Origin: Octopus bimaculoides | Lineage: Eukaryota | Length of the DNA stretch: 58,684 bases | Reading direction: 5' to 3' | Assembly: GCF_001194135.2 (NCBI RefSeq) | Contig: NC_068981.1 | Span: forward strand, 4,627,781-4,686,464 | Shown here: in pieces, positions 22,760-36,700 of the stretch | How the letters are laid out: each line of letters begins with the position of its first letter | Numbering within the stretch: position 1 is the stretch's first letter | The notes under the pieces: generated by a model | What the model saw: the letters and a program-made list of their open reading frames with translations, nothing else | Told to the model about the DNA's origin: nothing | The model's database searches: none | Translations under genes and position numbers: made by a program

Positions 22760-23952
22760 TAAGTACCAGTTAAGTACTGAATCGATGTAATCGACGTTTC
22801 GCCTCCCCCAAAATTTGAAATCAAAATTTTTGGTACACACCGTATACAAGTGAGGTTTTTTTTTTATGTCGTGTGCGACCAATTGTTGTTGAATTTATTT
22901 TTTTCCTCTTTCTTTCTTCTCTCGTGCTTGTGTTTTCTTCGATTTTGGATTTGTATTTTAATGTGGTTTTGTATTCCCCAGACAATAAAATACGTATACG
23001 TGTTATATACATAATGAAATTGTTGTATACTACGGTGTACTCCAACACAGCTGAATTGCAAAGGCAGGTGTACTTTTGCTCTTGGCGGTTTATTTAAAAT
23101 AATCTGCTGTATTTATTTAATTTACAGCGTTTTTTATTTTAATTGAAGATTATAAAATTTAAGTCGGTGATGAAAACCCCATCAGCCGTCTTTCGCTGTG
23201 GTAAGCCATTCCACATCAGTGGAGGTCATGTTAATGACTTTCGAGAAGGCATGAATGTCACTGAATCTATTCCAGCTCTTTTATAAATATAATACGTAAG
23301 AAATTATTTTCTCACGTCTCTCGACTCATAATTCAAGTATCTATATAACTGTAGAAAGAATAAAGTGTCGTGATTTGGTGATGTTCATGCCTCAACGCCG
23401 AAACAGGAAGAATAAAAACAGTTAATGTGCTGGTGTATCTCCGGCAACATAGTCGTGGTCGAGTACAGAGTGACACGTCTCTGTACCAGACCCAAAATAG
23501 TTAATGTTGCTTTGTATTGTTTGTTTAGCCCTAGGCCAGGCTGAATTCAATAGATCTTTGATCAGATGCTTACCAACCGTGATCACCCCGTCTTTTAAAG
23601 CGATATGTATCTATGATTATGTGATGCGTCCTTATTTTTTTAAACTTTTGACAGTATAGTACAATTTATTGGGGAACCTAGTTACTCTTTCTAGCAGACC
23701 CACAAACCACGTGATGACCCCACCCCCTCGGCGGATCGTTTCAACACGTATAATTTTACCGAACAACCCCAGTTAAACATTCCGTTAGCTTTATCCAACA
23801 TCAAATTTTAGATTCTCAAATAATTCATTTACGCCACAGAAAAAGTTACAATTATGGTGTAATTTGGTTTGAAATGTTTTGAGTTCAAATCCTATAAGAG
23901 TCGTCAACATTAATTTTTCTTTGATCCCGAAGAGAATGAAATATTTTATCTC

Positions 23953-24305
23953 GGCGAAGGTGTGGCTGTGTGCTTGAGAAGTTTTGCGTCCCACCCACAC
24001 GGTTCCGGGTTCAGTCCCACTGCATGGAACCGTGGGCAAATATCTTCTACTATGGCCATAGGCTAACTAAAACCTTCTGAGTGGATTTGGCAAGCGGAAA
24101 CTGAAAGAAGCCCCTCGTATGTATGTACGCGTGTGTCCTTGTGTTTGTCTCCTAACTGGTGTTGGTTTGTTTCCCTCCCTGTAATTTAAAGGATCGGCAA
24201 AAGAGGCCGATAGATTAAATTCTAGACTTAAAAATAATTACTAAAATATTCAAGGCGTTGCCCCAGCATGGCCGTAGTCTAATAACTGAAACAAATAAAA
24301 GATAA
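23953..24305 (+). mobile_element. Near full-length SINE family A (tRNA-derived head)
   Basis: Head gtggctgtgtg...ggttccgggttcagtcccactg, body ggatttgg...ggaaactgaaagaagccc, tail ggcgttgccccagcatggccgtagtc...actgaaac. Further copies at about 11195, 25055, 31815, 34860, 36620, 44230, 57550 and 58525. Confidence 0.85.
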
Positions 24306-25341
24306 GATATTGAGGTCAACAATATCGATTATATAAATTTTCCCCTTTAAAAACACAAGTATGGGTAAGATTTCAAGTTTGAATAAAAGAAATCAATATT
24401 CGAGCAATATTTCTGCAACACCGCCATTTCAACTTAGTGATTACCTCCCTTTACACAATAATGGCAGAAAATTACTTCAGTTCCTTGTGGAAAAAATAGT
24501 TGAACGGCCTCGGATATTTATTTTTAATTAATTGTATGAACTAAAACCATTATAATAAATTGTTTTTAAGATGTATATTAGATTATATTTTTTAAAAACC
24601 ATTTTATCCTGTATTCATAGTTTATATATAATCATTAATCATTGTTATTTACGCGAACAAAGCAGCTAAATAGGATACTAAATGAGGGAGTGTCGACAGG
24701 GTTACTCGGCCTGTTAGAAATAGCAGCCAAATCATACACTACCGTCTTCTTTCCTTCCGTCTTAAGGAAGGACGAAAGGAAAGAGGGACGGATACGTTGG
24801 AAAATAATGTTCTAGACACGCGGTCTGAATAAGAGGAATGAACTCGGTTGAAGCCTGTTCTCATCCTATGTTTGCTCATCTAGAATTTACCAGGGGCTAA
24901 ACAACAACAAAGAGTGTGTGTAATATATATACATACACGCATATCTACATGCATTCACACACACATTCATACACACGTACACACAGGCATAGATATATAT
25001 ATATGTATTCGTATACACACACACACAAGGACACACACGCATACATACATTTACGCGTTGCTGTGTGTAAGTAGCTTGCTTACCAACCACATGGTTCCGA
25101 GTTCAGTCCCACTGCGTGGCACCTTGGCCAAGTGTCTTCTACTATAGCCTCGGACCGACCAAAGCCTTGTGAGTGGATTTGGTAGACAGAAACTGAAAGA
25201 AGCCCGTCATATGTGTGTGTCTGTGTGTTTACGTCCCCGTAATACTAGGCTTACAAGGAATAAATCCGGGGGGCGATTTGCTCGACGAAAGGCGGTGCTC
25301 TAGCAGGGCCGCAGCCAAATGACTGAAATAAATAAAAGAAA

Positions 25342-25375
<34 letters not shown>

Positions 25376-25939
25376 ATGTTTATATGTATATATTTGTGTA
25401 TGTGCCTGTGCTTGTCCCCCCCCCCCATCGCTTGACAACCGATGTTGGTGTGTTTACGTCCCCGTAACTTAGCGGTTTGGCAAAAGTAACAGATAGAGTA
25501 AGTAATTAGCTTACAAAGAATTCACGGCTCATGTCTCACTTCCATTGTAGCATTGCTTTTCTTACAATCCGTTTCCAAAGAATAAGTCCCGAGATCGATT
25601 TGTTTGACTAAAGGCAGTGCTCCAGCATGGCTGCAGTCAAAATGACTGAAACAAACAAAAGAATAAAAGAACACATGCAACTTTTATCTTCTATCTTTTA
25701 ATTGCTTCAGTCATTTGACTGCGGCCATACTGGAGCACCAACTTGACCAAAATCTAGTTGAATGAATCAACGCCAGAACCTATATATTGGCTATTCTGTC
25801 AGTTCGTTTTGACGGAATGCTAAGTTACAGGGACATAGACACACCAGCCCTGTACCAGACTCAAAAATGAGGTGTCTGGGTCAGTTTGTTTGGCTAAACC
25901 AATCATGGACAGATTGCAGGGCACAGGTTGTCCATGACT

Positions 25940-26010
25940 GGTTTAATTGGTAACAAAAGGTCTCTCTCTGTGTCTCTCTCCCTCCTTCTCTCTCTCTCCC
26001 CCTCCTTCTC

Positions 26011-26056
<46 letters not shown>

Positions 26057-26660
26057 CCTCCCTCTCGATTTGAAAGACAGACTGTATGAAAAGCAATGCT
26101 ACATGGTAGTGATACATGAGCCATGTATGCCGAAGACATATGAATAATACTAGAGGGGAATGATGCTTGTGTGCTTTGTAGGGAGTGCAATATCTGTGCA
26201 TGTAGGACAAAGTGCAAATGGAGTAAAGATTGTTTGCCAACATAACATGGCAGTCCTGGTTTAGGATGAATGTTGCTGTAATTTAGCCCCAGGAGACATC
26301 ATCTCCAGCTGGCTATACGACACAATATGTGTCCTTATATTCATCCTAAACCAGGACTGCCATGTTATATTGGCAAACAATCTTTACTCCAAAGTACTGT
26401 TGCTGAATATCTCTTGTTGTGAGATTTACAAATAGTAATAGAGAGAAGATTATTTGTATAGTTATGCAATGTGTATGGATGAGAAGATCTTCATAAAGAA
26501 GTTTGGGTTGTTCAAAGAGGGTGTCACTTGAGAAGTACCTGAAGTGAAGTGATGAAGGTTGATCTCAAGATGTGGAGTCTTACAGAGAAGATGACAAACG
26601 GCCGAGACAATTGACAATTTGCTGTGCTTGAGGAGTCAGATCCATCGCAGCAAAAATAAA
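25940..26660 (+). pseudogene. Decayed RTE LINE 3' portion, interrupted by a (CT)n expansion and a MITE
   Basis: LVTKGLSL-[(CT)n]-LKDRLY..., then ERRLF...MDEKIFIK and VMKVDLKMWSLTEKMTNGRDN. Confidence 0.7.
26219..26398. mobile_element. Long-TIR MITE inserted in the RTE remnant
   Basis: About 52-bp IR gagtaaagattgtttgccaa(c/t)ataacatggcagtcctggtttaggatgaat with one mismatch, around a spacer of about 67 bp. Confidence 0.8.
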
Positions 26661-27129
26661 GTCCTATGAACATTTTGTCCGTGACTGTACATACTGCATC
26701 CTGCCCCTTGACCTCTTCTGGCCCCATCAAGCATTTCCAACATCTCATCTCTCTGCTACTCCCTCTTGTAACATCTTCAATGTGGTGTGCCAGAATGGCT
26801 GCAGTCTAGCAACTGGAAAGGTGTGTATTTGCATGTATGTGTGTACATGTATGTATATATGTGTGTGTGTTTAATTAAAGATATGTCTGTGTTGCAGTTT
26901 TTAAAATTTTTTATTACAGATTTTTCCTATTTCTTTTTCACTTTCTTGCAATTGGTTTGGAACAATAAATTCTTAAATCCATTTTCAATATTTCCCAGCC
27001 CTTCACTTGTTTTGTTCTCAAGAACTGAAATACATCTGGTGTCCATGTGTCTTATATACTTGGTCAAATATTTCACCAAAGGTTTTTTGGGATCATTTGG
27101 CTTCCACATCAGCAGTTATTTGTTTATTT

Positions 27130-27785
27130 GTTGCCAACAAAATTTTGGGGACCTGTGGTAGATGTAGACCCAGGAAGACATGGGATGAGGCAGTGAAGCA
27201 TGATCTCCAAACTTTGGGCCTCACAGTGACTGAGACATTTGGTGATATCCTGTGCTTGAGAAGACACATCAAGCCAAGTGCACCTGTGCTGGTGGCACGT
27301 AATAAAAACATTAACCTTCGAACGTCAGGCCTTACAGAGGTGAAGTGGCTGAATTCCTTTCAAGTGGGCCTCATGGAAGCGAAGTGGCTGAGTTCCTTTC
27401 AAATGGGCCTCATGGAGGTAAGGTAGTTGAGTTCCTTTCAAACGGGCCTCACAGAGGTAGGTGGCTGAACTCCTTTCAAGTGTTGGGGCTCACAGAGGCA
27501 ATGACCAAAACCTTTGACATTATGTCATGCTTGAGAAGACCCATCAAGCCAAGCAAAATCGCAGTCATGGCAGAGACCAGTGTCATGCAAATGGCACCCA
27601 TGCCGGTGGCACGTAAAAAGCACCGACTACACTCTCGGAGTGGTTGGTGCTAGGAAGGGCATCCAGCTGTAGAAACTCTGCCAGATCAGATTGGAGCCTG
27701 GTGCAGCCTTCTGGCTTACCAGCCCTGGTCACACTGTCCAACCCATGCCAGCATGGACAACGGATATTAAATGATGATGATGATA
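27130..27785 (+). mobile_element. RTE 3'-end / SINE C composite containing a 39-bp minisatellite
   Basis: GTCGRCRPRKTWDEAVKHDLQTLGLT. Four 39-bp units at 27326-27482. Ends ccaacccatgccagcatgga...gatgatgatgat. Confidence 0.75.
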
Positions 27786-28042
27786 ATCTGAGTAACCACA
27801 TGAGGGCAGCATGCTGGCAGATTTGTTAGCATGCCAGATAGAATGCTTGATGACATTTCATCCATCTTCACGTTTCAGGTTCAAATGTCACCATGGATCA
27901 TCTTTGTCTTTCATTCTTTTGAGGTCTATAAATTAAGTAACAGTTAAGCTCTGGGAAGTGATGTAGTCAACCAGTCCCTTACCCCAGAATTTCAGGCCCT
28001 GTACCTATGATAGAAAGGATTATCATTGCTTTGTTGCTGTTG

Positions 28043-28045
<3 letters not shown>

Positions 28046-28110
<65 letters not shown>

Positions 28111-28345
28111 GTTGTTATTATTATTATTATTGTGGAAGCGGGCTGGCAGAATCGTTAGGACGCTGGGTGAAATGCTTAGCGGTATTTCGTCTGCCGCTAT
28201 GTTCTGAGTTCAAATTCCGCTGGGGTTGACTTTACCTTTTGTCCTTTCAGGGTTGATAAATTAAGTACCAGTTAGACATTGGGGTTGATATAATCAACTT
28301 TATCCCCACCCACAAGCTGTCCTTGTGGCAAAAATTTGAAATCGT
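28046..28345 (+). mobile_element. SINE family B directly preceded by a long (TTA)n array
   Basis: (TTA)n at about 28046-28130, then gcgggctggcagaatcgttag...gttctgagttcaaattccg... Confidence 0.85.
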
Positions 28346-28839
28346 TATTGTTATTATTCTCCTTTCATACTTTCGGGGTCGATAAATTAAGCACCAGTGA
28401 AATACTGGGGTCAATGTAATCAACTGGTCCCCTTTCACCAAATTTGAGGGCTTGTGCCTCCACTAGAAAGGGTTATTGCTATTATTCTGTCGAGGTTGAC
28501 TTTGCCTTTCATCCTTTTGGGATCTATAAAATAGGCACAAGGGGCTGGCGATGTAATCAACTTACCCACTCCCTTGAAATTGCTGGCCTTGTGCCAGATC
28601 TTGAAATCCCTATTAAGTAGTCTTATGGTAATTTTTTGATGGTGGGGGGGATTGTTTGCATGATTCCTCTCATTTAATTGCAACATCAGAATACTGAAGT
28701 TAGGTGGTGGTGGTGGGGAGGGGTCAGTGATAGGGAGAAGGCTTGAGGAGGAGATTGGACAAAAGACCTGGTTGTGAGTATATATTTATTATGCTTCCAG
28801 AATCTCAGTTTTGCTAAAATGGGCAGATTTTCTTGAACA

Positions 28840-29110
28840 CTGCATATTGCCAGTCACCCTGGTTCTTTGTCCTCTCCTCTTGGGGTCAGTCATCCCTACT
28901 TTATCCCAAGCCTTCCTGGAACTCCTCTTCTCTGAGCTCCATCCACATTTAATGATTGACACTTCATCATATAACTGTCCTCATCCATCTGCATTACATC
29001 TCCATACCAGAGCAGTCATCTCTTTTGCAAAACACATTTGATTCTTCTTATGCCTAGCTTTTTCTCTCAACACATTTGTATTTTGTCATTCATGCATGCT
29101 TACATCCAAT
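28840..29110 (-). pseudogene. RTE LINE 3' remnant
   Basis: Minus strand LLWYGDVMQMDEDSYMMKCQSLNVDG. Confidence 0.7.
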
Positions 29111-29329
29111 GTACAACAGTCATTTGCTAATGGCTTATATATATATAATTCTGAAGAGTCAAACTCAGTACACGTCTTTACAATGACACCTCATGAATCA
29201 ATTGTATAATACAGCAATATTCATGAGATTGAATTCAGATGAAACAATTGTAAATTGATGGAATAAAAGGACTTGTTTACTCCATTCTTCTTGTTAATAA
29301 TTATATATATATATGGTCTCTAAGGAAGC

Positions 29330-30456
29330 TATGAGTAGGCAAAAGGCTTGCAAAGGCCACACAAGCCATGCTCAGGAGTGTTGTCAGCAAGGGTTCACTA
29401 CAATTACAGTGATAAATTAAGAGTACAGGCAGCTGTTTATCAGAGCCCAGCTCTCAGTCCCCTCCTTTTCATCCTTGTCCTCCAGGCTATAACTGAGGAA
29501 CTTAAGACTGACTGCCCCTGGAAACTACTCTATGTTGATGATCTTGTTCTCATAGCAGAATCTGTTAGAATCAGAAAGGAAATTCCAAGCGTGGAAGCAA
29601 AACCTGAAATCAAAGGTCCTTAAAGTTAACTTAGCAAAGACCAAAGTTCTATTAAGCAGGGAAACAGACAGGACTTTTCTCCATTCAGGGAAATGGCCCT
29701 GTTCATATGTAGGACATATGTGCCCAGTGCAAGCTGTGGACACACAAGAGGTGCAGTGGAATCACAGGAAGGCTAATGGAAGAAGTAATATCTATATGAG
29801 GGAGAGGCAGAGGAGTAATGAGTACTAAGGACAGAAAAAATATATTTTCTTGAATGCCCAGGTGGCTGCCTCGAGGTGAGAGCTAGTTTCTGTTGCCTGG
29901 GTGACCTAATTAACAGTTGAGGAGAATGTTCTGAAAGTATAGTTGCTAGAATAGGATGGAGAAAATTCATAGAGCTATTACCTTTGTTGGTAGGAAATAA
30001 AGTCTCTTTCTCTTTCACTCTCTCTCTCCAAATGAAAGGCAGATTGTGTGATGCTTATTTGAAAATCAATGCTCCATTGCAGTGAGACATGGGCCCTGAA
30101 TGTAGAGGACATATGATTACTAGAGGGGAATGAAGTTTGTATGTTTCACAGGATGTGCAATATCAGTGTGCATGTATGACAAAGTGCAAATGTATTGAGA
30201 TAAAAACTGGGCGTAAGAGGAATCAGTTGTGGTATGAAAGAGAGAAGACTGCATTGGTCAAGTGACGTACATGGATGAGGAGAGCTGCATAAAGTTTAGG
30301 TTGCTTAAAACAAATAAATCTTGAGGAAGAAGAAGTCCCAGAAAGACATAGAATGAACGATGAAGGCTGATCTCAAGATACTGAGCTTCATAAAGCACTG
30401 AGACAATTTGGCAATTTTCTGTGCTTGAGAGAAATCACATCCATCACAGCAAACAT
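29330..30456 (+). pseudogene. Decayed RTE LINE reverse transcriptase and 3' end
   Basis: ALSPLLFILVLQAITEELKTDCPWKLLYVDDLVLIAES, KVNLAKTKV, CAQCKLWTHKRCSGITGRL, GVRGISCGMKERRLHW. Confidence 0.85.
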
Positions 30457-30730
30457 GGTTGGTTGGCACTCCGTCGGTTGCGACGACAAGGGTTCCAGTT
30501 GATCCAATCAATGGAACAACCAGCTCGGGAAATTAACATGCAAGTGGCTGAGCACTCCACGGACACGTGTACCCTTAACGTAGTTCTCGGGGAGATTCAG
30601 CGTGACACAAAGTGTGACAAGGCTGGCCGTTTGAAATACAGGCACAACAGAAACAGGAAGTAAGAGTGAGAGAAAGTTGTGGTGAAAGAATACAGCAGGG
30701 TTCGCCACCATCCCATGCCGGAGCCTCGTC
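30457..30730 (-). mobile_element. 5'-truncated SINE D-related insertion with TSD
   Basis: 12-bp direct repeat cacagcaaacat at 30445-30456 and 30731-30742. Confidence 0.85.
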
Positions 30731-32276
30731 CACAGCAAACATAAGGTCCTATGAACATTCGGCCCATGCTTGTACATGCTGCATCCTGTCAGCCCTATCA
30801 GACCTATTCAACCCTATCAAACATTCTCCACATCTTGTTCCACTATGACCACCCCACTTCCTCCTACATCCATTCCTCTTCAGTACATATTAGTTTCAAA
30901 GTTTGGCACAGGAGCCAGCAAGTTTGGGGGTGGGAGGGCCTGAGTTGATTACATTGACCCCAGTGCATAACTGGTACTTATCTTATCGGCCTCAAAAGGA
31001 TGAAAGACAAACTGAGACTTGGCTGCATTTGAACTCAGAACCTGAACTTCTCAGCACATGTTGATTCCTTTGGTTCTTTGCACTACAAGTACACCGAGGG
31101 AACCGTTTCCCTTCTTCATTCTCATTCCCGTATCATCTTCACTGATCATCTTCCTGGATCCATTTAGATCTTACGAAACCGTCTGACCCATGCCAGCATG
31201 GGACATGAAAATGATGACAACAGCTCTACATTCCTCTGTTTCTTTATATTACATACATTTACCATTGACCATGCTACCATCCATGTTCACCATTCACTGC
31301 ATTCATTTTTATTCTCGTCTCCAACAGTCTGTCACTCCCCTTTCACAAACCCATCTATCAGCCTTCCTTGAATCTCTTATCCTCTCTTCATCCACCTCCT
31401 TGTACCTCCAGGGTATGCCCTGACTGCATCTCCATCATTCTTTTCCCATTTCCTTCTGGGGAAGTCATGTCTCCTATACAACAAGACACCTGTTCCTGTC
31501 TCTCTGTCATACTTTAACCTCTTAACACTTCCTCAATACTGTACCCCAGTCCCACTCTATGAAGGGATCTTACCGTACATGTTACTAACTTCACAAGCAA
31601 TGGTGCTTCGAAAAAAAGCACCCAGTACCCTTGGTAAAGTGGTTGGTATTATGAAGGACATCCAGGTACAGAAACGATACCAAAGTAGACATTGGCGCTC
31701 AACACAGTCGTCTGGCTTCTTAGATCCTGTCAAACCGTCCAACCCATGCCAGTATAGAAAACGGACGTGAAACGATGACGATATCTATATATTTCATTGC
31801 TTTTACGTCCTTTGTCATTTATTTGTTTCAGTCATTAGACTTGGCCATGCTGGGGCACCGCCTTGAAGAATTTTAGTCTTCTTGGGCAGAACCGCTAAGT
31901 TTATGGAGATGTAAACAAACCAACAGTTTGTCAAGCGATGGTCGTTGTGGGACAAAGCACACACAAACGTGTGTTGAGTGTGTGTGTGTTGTGTGTGTAA
32001 GTGTGTGTATATGTGTGTGTGTGTGTGTTGTGTGTGTGCGTGTGTGTGTGTGCGTGTGTGTGCGAGTGTGTACGACGGGCATCCACACAGCTTCCATCTA
32101 CCAAATTCGCTCACAAGGCATTGGTCGGCCCGGCGCTATTGCTGAGGATACCTGCTCAAGGTGACGTGTAGGGAGGCTGAACCCGAAACCATACGGTTGC
32201 AAAGAGTGTTTCATGCATAACCACACATGTATACTTTATAATGCACGCATACATACATACATATACGTATACACAT

Positions 32277-32307
<31 letters not shown>

Positions 32308-32522
32308 CACTACACGCATGCGCATACAGAATGTACATTATGAAGACAAAAGGCTCCCTCACACACATAGATAGGCTAGCTCAAACACTGACACGCTAAA
32401 CATAGGTGTGTGTACAAGTAATCTTTCTTTCACACACACGTTAATAACACACTCGTAAAATGATACCACACCATCCCACTTCACATACACATCTATCTAT
32501 ACACACACACACACACACACCC

Positions 32523-32554
<32 letters not shown>

Positions 32555-32757
32555 ATGTTCGAGACATAGTAACAGATGCAGACTCAAACGAGAAAGTACA
32601 CAAAAAAACCCTATAATGTTTGCATGTGTGTGTATGATTATGTGTGTGTATGTTTGTGTGTAGTTGTGAGTGTGTGTCTGTCTGCGCGCGCAGTCTTTAT
32701 ATTGACATTCATACATAGAGGTCCACATACAGACATCAGCAAACACGCACACGCAGC

Positions 32758-32794
<37 letters not shown>

Positions 32795-33052
32795 CTGCTA
32801 CCTACTGACATACATGTAGGGTTTTAGGCATATTAACACTGCAAACTGATAAACGTATAAGCACACACACACATAGACATAAACACTCATACACACTTAT
32901 TAAAGCGACCCTTTTTTAAAGTCTACCTGTCAATGAAATCAGTGTGTAGCTTTTGAAATTTAAAATGGTTTGATCAAACTCTAAATGTGTTATGCTATAG
33001 GGAAGGACTTTCAGTCAAAATAGGAATATATATACAGTATGTGTATATATAT

Positions 33053-33085
<33 letters not shown>

Positions 33086-33695
33086 GCGCACGCACACGTA
33101 TTGACTCATCCTAAACATGGACGCTTGTCACACATACACACACCACTTCTTCTTTATGACTATTCTTGCGAACCACGCATTCGAACGATTACGCACATAT
33201 TGGCACAAACACACTTTTTGAATAGAGTATATATACACATACATACACACACCTACGTGTTCACGTCGACTGTTTCTAATAGAAACACGCACCAACAGTA
33301 ATACTCACATTTACGCACATACACATATTACATACGTACGTACAATCATATCGTACACATACATACATATATAGACACACACACACACACACACAGAAAT
33401 GACGTTTCCCGTCATGTGTTCATATCCGTGTATAGACCAATTCCGCAGCAAAACTACCTGGTTTATTAAAAAAATATCAGTTGTTAGATAATGTAAAGTT
33501 ATTCAATAGGAAGGGTGTGGCGACATTTCAGATCTCAAACTCATCAAATATATATTTTTTCCCGCTTTCGAATTCTCTTTACATTTTCTTCTACCATCCC
33601 TGTCTCCGTCTTTCTGTGCGTATGTCTGTCCGTTAGTCTGTCTGTGTGTCTGTTTGTCTGTCTGTTTGTCATTTTCTCTCTCCTTCTCTCGCTCA

Positions 33696-33729
<34 letters not shown>

Positions 33730-36700
33730 ATTGCAAAACAATCTTCTCTTTGCCTCCATTTTGCATTCGCCATTTTGGTTTCTCCTCTTTCAAAGAGCTA
33801 CAATTCTTGTTTCTGTCATTTTATATCAAGTGTATTTTTAATTATGTACTTTGCAAATATGATATATACCATTAGTCTTTCTATATCAACATGTCTTTGT
33901 AGTTAACAGATGTTTATTTATCCAATTGCACAAGACACGGGTTCCAAAAGACAAGATTCATTTTTCAGCCAAATGTCCTCCTTTGGGAAAATATTTATGT
34001 ATATCAAAAACGCCACTGTAAAAAATGAAAACAAATGAACTCAAATCACTTGTTTCTATTCTTTCTGTGAAGTGCTGACCTTTGTTGCAGCATAAACAGT
34101 GGCTTATACAAACGAAGCGCGCCAATCATTCTTAATCTGAATTTAAACTTATAAACTAAGGTACAACTGCCACAAATATGGTATCAAATGGTAATATTCC
34201 AAAATGAATTTCACTGATTCTCGATTGAATGTTCATCAAACAACATTACTGATCTCTTCAAACATACAAACTTTCTGTTCCCATGTCTGTTTAGTTATTC
34301 TTGCAAGATAAAGGTTTTAGTTGAAATGTTTCACAAATATTCCTTGTTATCAAACAAATAGATGGATTCAAGTTTGTTGAAATACGTAGAACATGCATAA
34401 TCTTTTATCTGATGACATTCTAAATGATTCTTATCATAAGATATCTCATAAGAAGGCTCTACCATGTTACACAATCGAGACGTTATTAATGGTGTGTGTG
34501 ATATTTTCCACACGAGTTTGACAAAACCGATATCTATTCTAACAAACAAGACTGACATGCTACGATAACAGATGGATGTCTTAGTCCTGTCCGTGTGTAT
34601 AGTTTATTTTTGTTTGCTACAGATACTGTCTAATATTATTTGGAAAGACATCTTTTCTGATGCAATTTTTGACACTGTACTGGAATTAAAAAAAGAAAAC
34701 TAGACATGAAAAAATGAACGCAGGTCAGTGGGGCCAACCTTTTGTAACTTATCACCCAAACGGGGTTTTACAAACATCCTTTCCCTATCTTGCAGTCTTC
34801 ACATGAAATTGGTACATTATCTTCATCAAACAGGAGATAATTTTATCTTTTATCTTTCACTTGTTTCAGCCATCAGACTGCAGCCATGCTGGGGCACCAC
34901 CATGAAGGGTTTTATTCAAAGAGATCGACTACAGGACATATTTTCAAAGTCTGGTGCTTCCATACAGTTTCCGAGTACCAGATTCATTCACAAGGCATTT
35001 GTTGGCCTGGGGCTGTAGTAGAAGATACTTGCCCAAGATGCCACACAGTGGGACTGAACCTGAAACCATGTGGTTGCAAAGCGAGCTTCTAACCACCCAG
35101 CCATACCTGTGCCTTCTACCTTTTACCTGTAACTTATTTCAGTCATTAGATGATTCTGGAAAATGTGTTTAAGATATGTGTATTGTGCCGAGTTTCAAGA
35201 TTTTATTTCTAAGAAAAAGCAGCCCCTCTACACACCTAGCATCCCCACTGTGCTCCCTTAACATTCCCCACCACCACCACCACCAACACGGCAACCACTA
35301 CCACCATCCATGTGAGCTGATAGCACCACCATAGAGACATTACCACTCAGGTCAAGAACAGCTCATATGCACATCATCATCATCATCATCATCGTTTAAC
35401 GTCCGCTTTCCATGCTAGCATGGGTTGGACGATTTGACTGAGGAGTGGTGAACCAGATGGCTACACCAGACTCCAATCTGATCTGGCAGAGTTTCTACAG
35501 CTGGATGCCCTTCCTAACACCAACCACTCCGAGAGTGTAGTGGGGGCTTTTACGTGCCACCAGCACGAGGGCCAGTCAGGCGGTACTGGCAACGGCCATG
35601 CTCAAAATGGTGTATTTTACATGCCACCTGCACAGGAGCCAAATGCTTTACAGCGATGATCTCAATATAGGAAATATCAACACTAGGCGTGGCTTTGCAG
35701 TAAGAAGTTTACTTCCCGACCACACACACACACACACACACATGGTGCTTAATGTTGGGCAAATGAAAAAAAAGTGCTCAGCACACGTAGAGGATCGCAG
35801 TGGTGTGAAACTCGAGTCGCGAGATAAACTCTCAGCTGCAGTTTAATAACGACTATGTATGTGTGTATGTATGTATGTATGTATATATTATGTATGTATG
35901 TATGTGTGTGTGTGCATATGTGTGTGTGCATTTGCGGAGCCGCAAATGTCAAGCATAAGTTACTCCTAGAGCGCACAATGTTCCTGAAGGTCAGCAATGG
36001 TCTTCTTTGGTCACGAGTGGACGGCCATCATGTATGTATGTGTGTTTGTATGTATGTATGTGTGTGTGTGTGTTTGTATGTATGTGTGTGTGTGTGTATG
36101 TATGTATGTATATGTGTGTAGGTATACGAGTGTGTATGTATGCATGCGTGTGTGTGTATGCATGTGTGTGAATGCATGTATATATGCATATATGAGTGTG
36201 TGTGTATGTATGTGTGTATATGTTTGTGTGTGTATGTATGTATGCACTTATGTGCGTATGTGTCTTCATGTCTGTGTTTGACATGTCCACTGCTGGACAA
36301 AAAGGTGTTGGTTTGTTTATGAAACTGTAAATTAGCGATTTGGCAAAAGAAACCAACAGAATAAGTAACACACACACACACACATAATTAATAAGCAAAA
36401 TCTGTCCTGGGGTCAATTCATTCTTCAAGGCAGTGCCCCAGCATGGCCGCAGTAAAAGATAAAAAGTGAAGTCGGTTTACCCTTCAATTTTGGGGAAGGA
36501 TTTTCTTTTGGAATATTTTAGAATTATTTTGTTTTAAGTTAAATTCTTCAACAATGCAAACATTACAACTTCTTAAGGAAAATATCTCGAAATGAGAATT
36601 GTGGACATCTTTTATCTTTTATTTGTTGCACTCATTAGATTGCTGCCATGCTGGGGCACCACCTTGAAGAGTTATTTTAGTCGGACGAATCGACCCCAGT

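Noticed and set aside
23164-23200. Possible 37-nt plus-strand micro-exon (GDENPISRLSL, donor GTAAGC)
   Set aside because: Weak acceptor, no partner exon and no recognisable homology; expected by chance.
30640-30730. HDV-like ribozyme resemblance (GGCGAA plus CCCTGC) on the minus strand
   Set aside because: The P1 and P2 5' strands cannot be placed in the required order; it looks like an internal SINE segment.
35749-36428. Numerous VC/HT/YI-rich ORFs (also at about 18300-18900, 32400-32800 and 54760-55200)
   Set aside because: They are stop-poor dinucleotide and tetranucleotide microsatellites, not genes.
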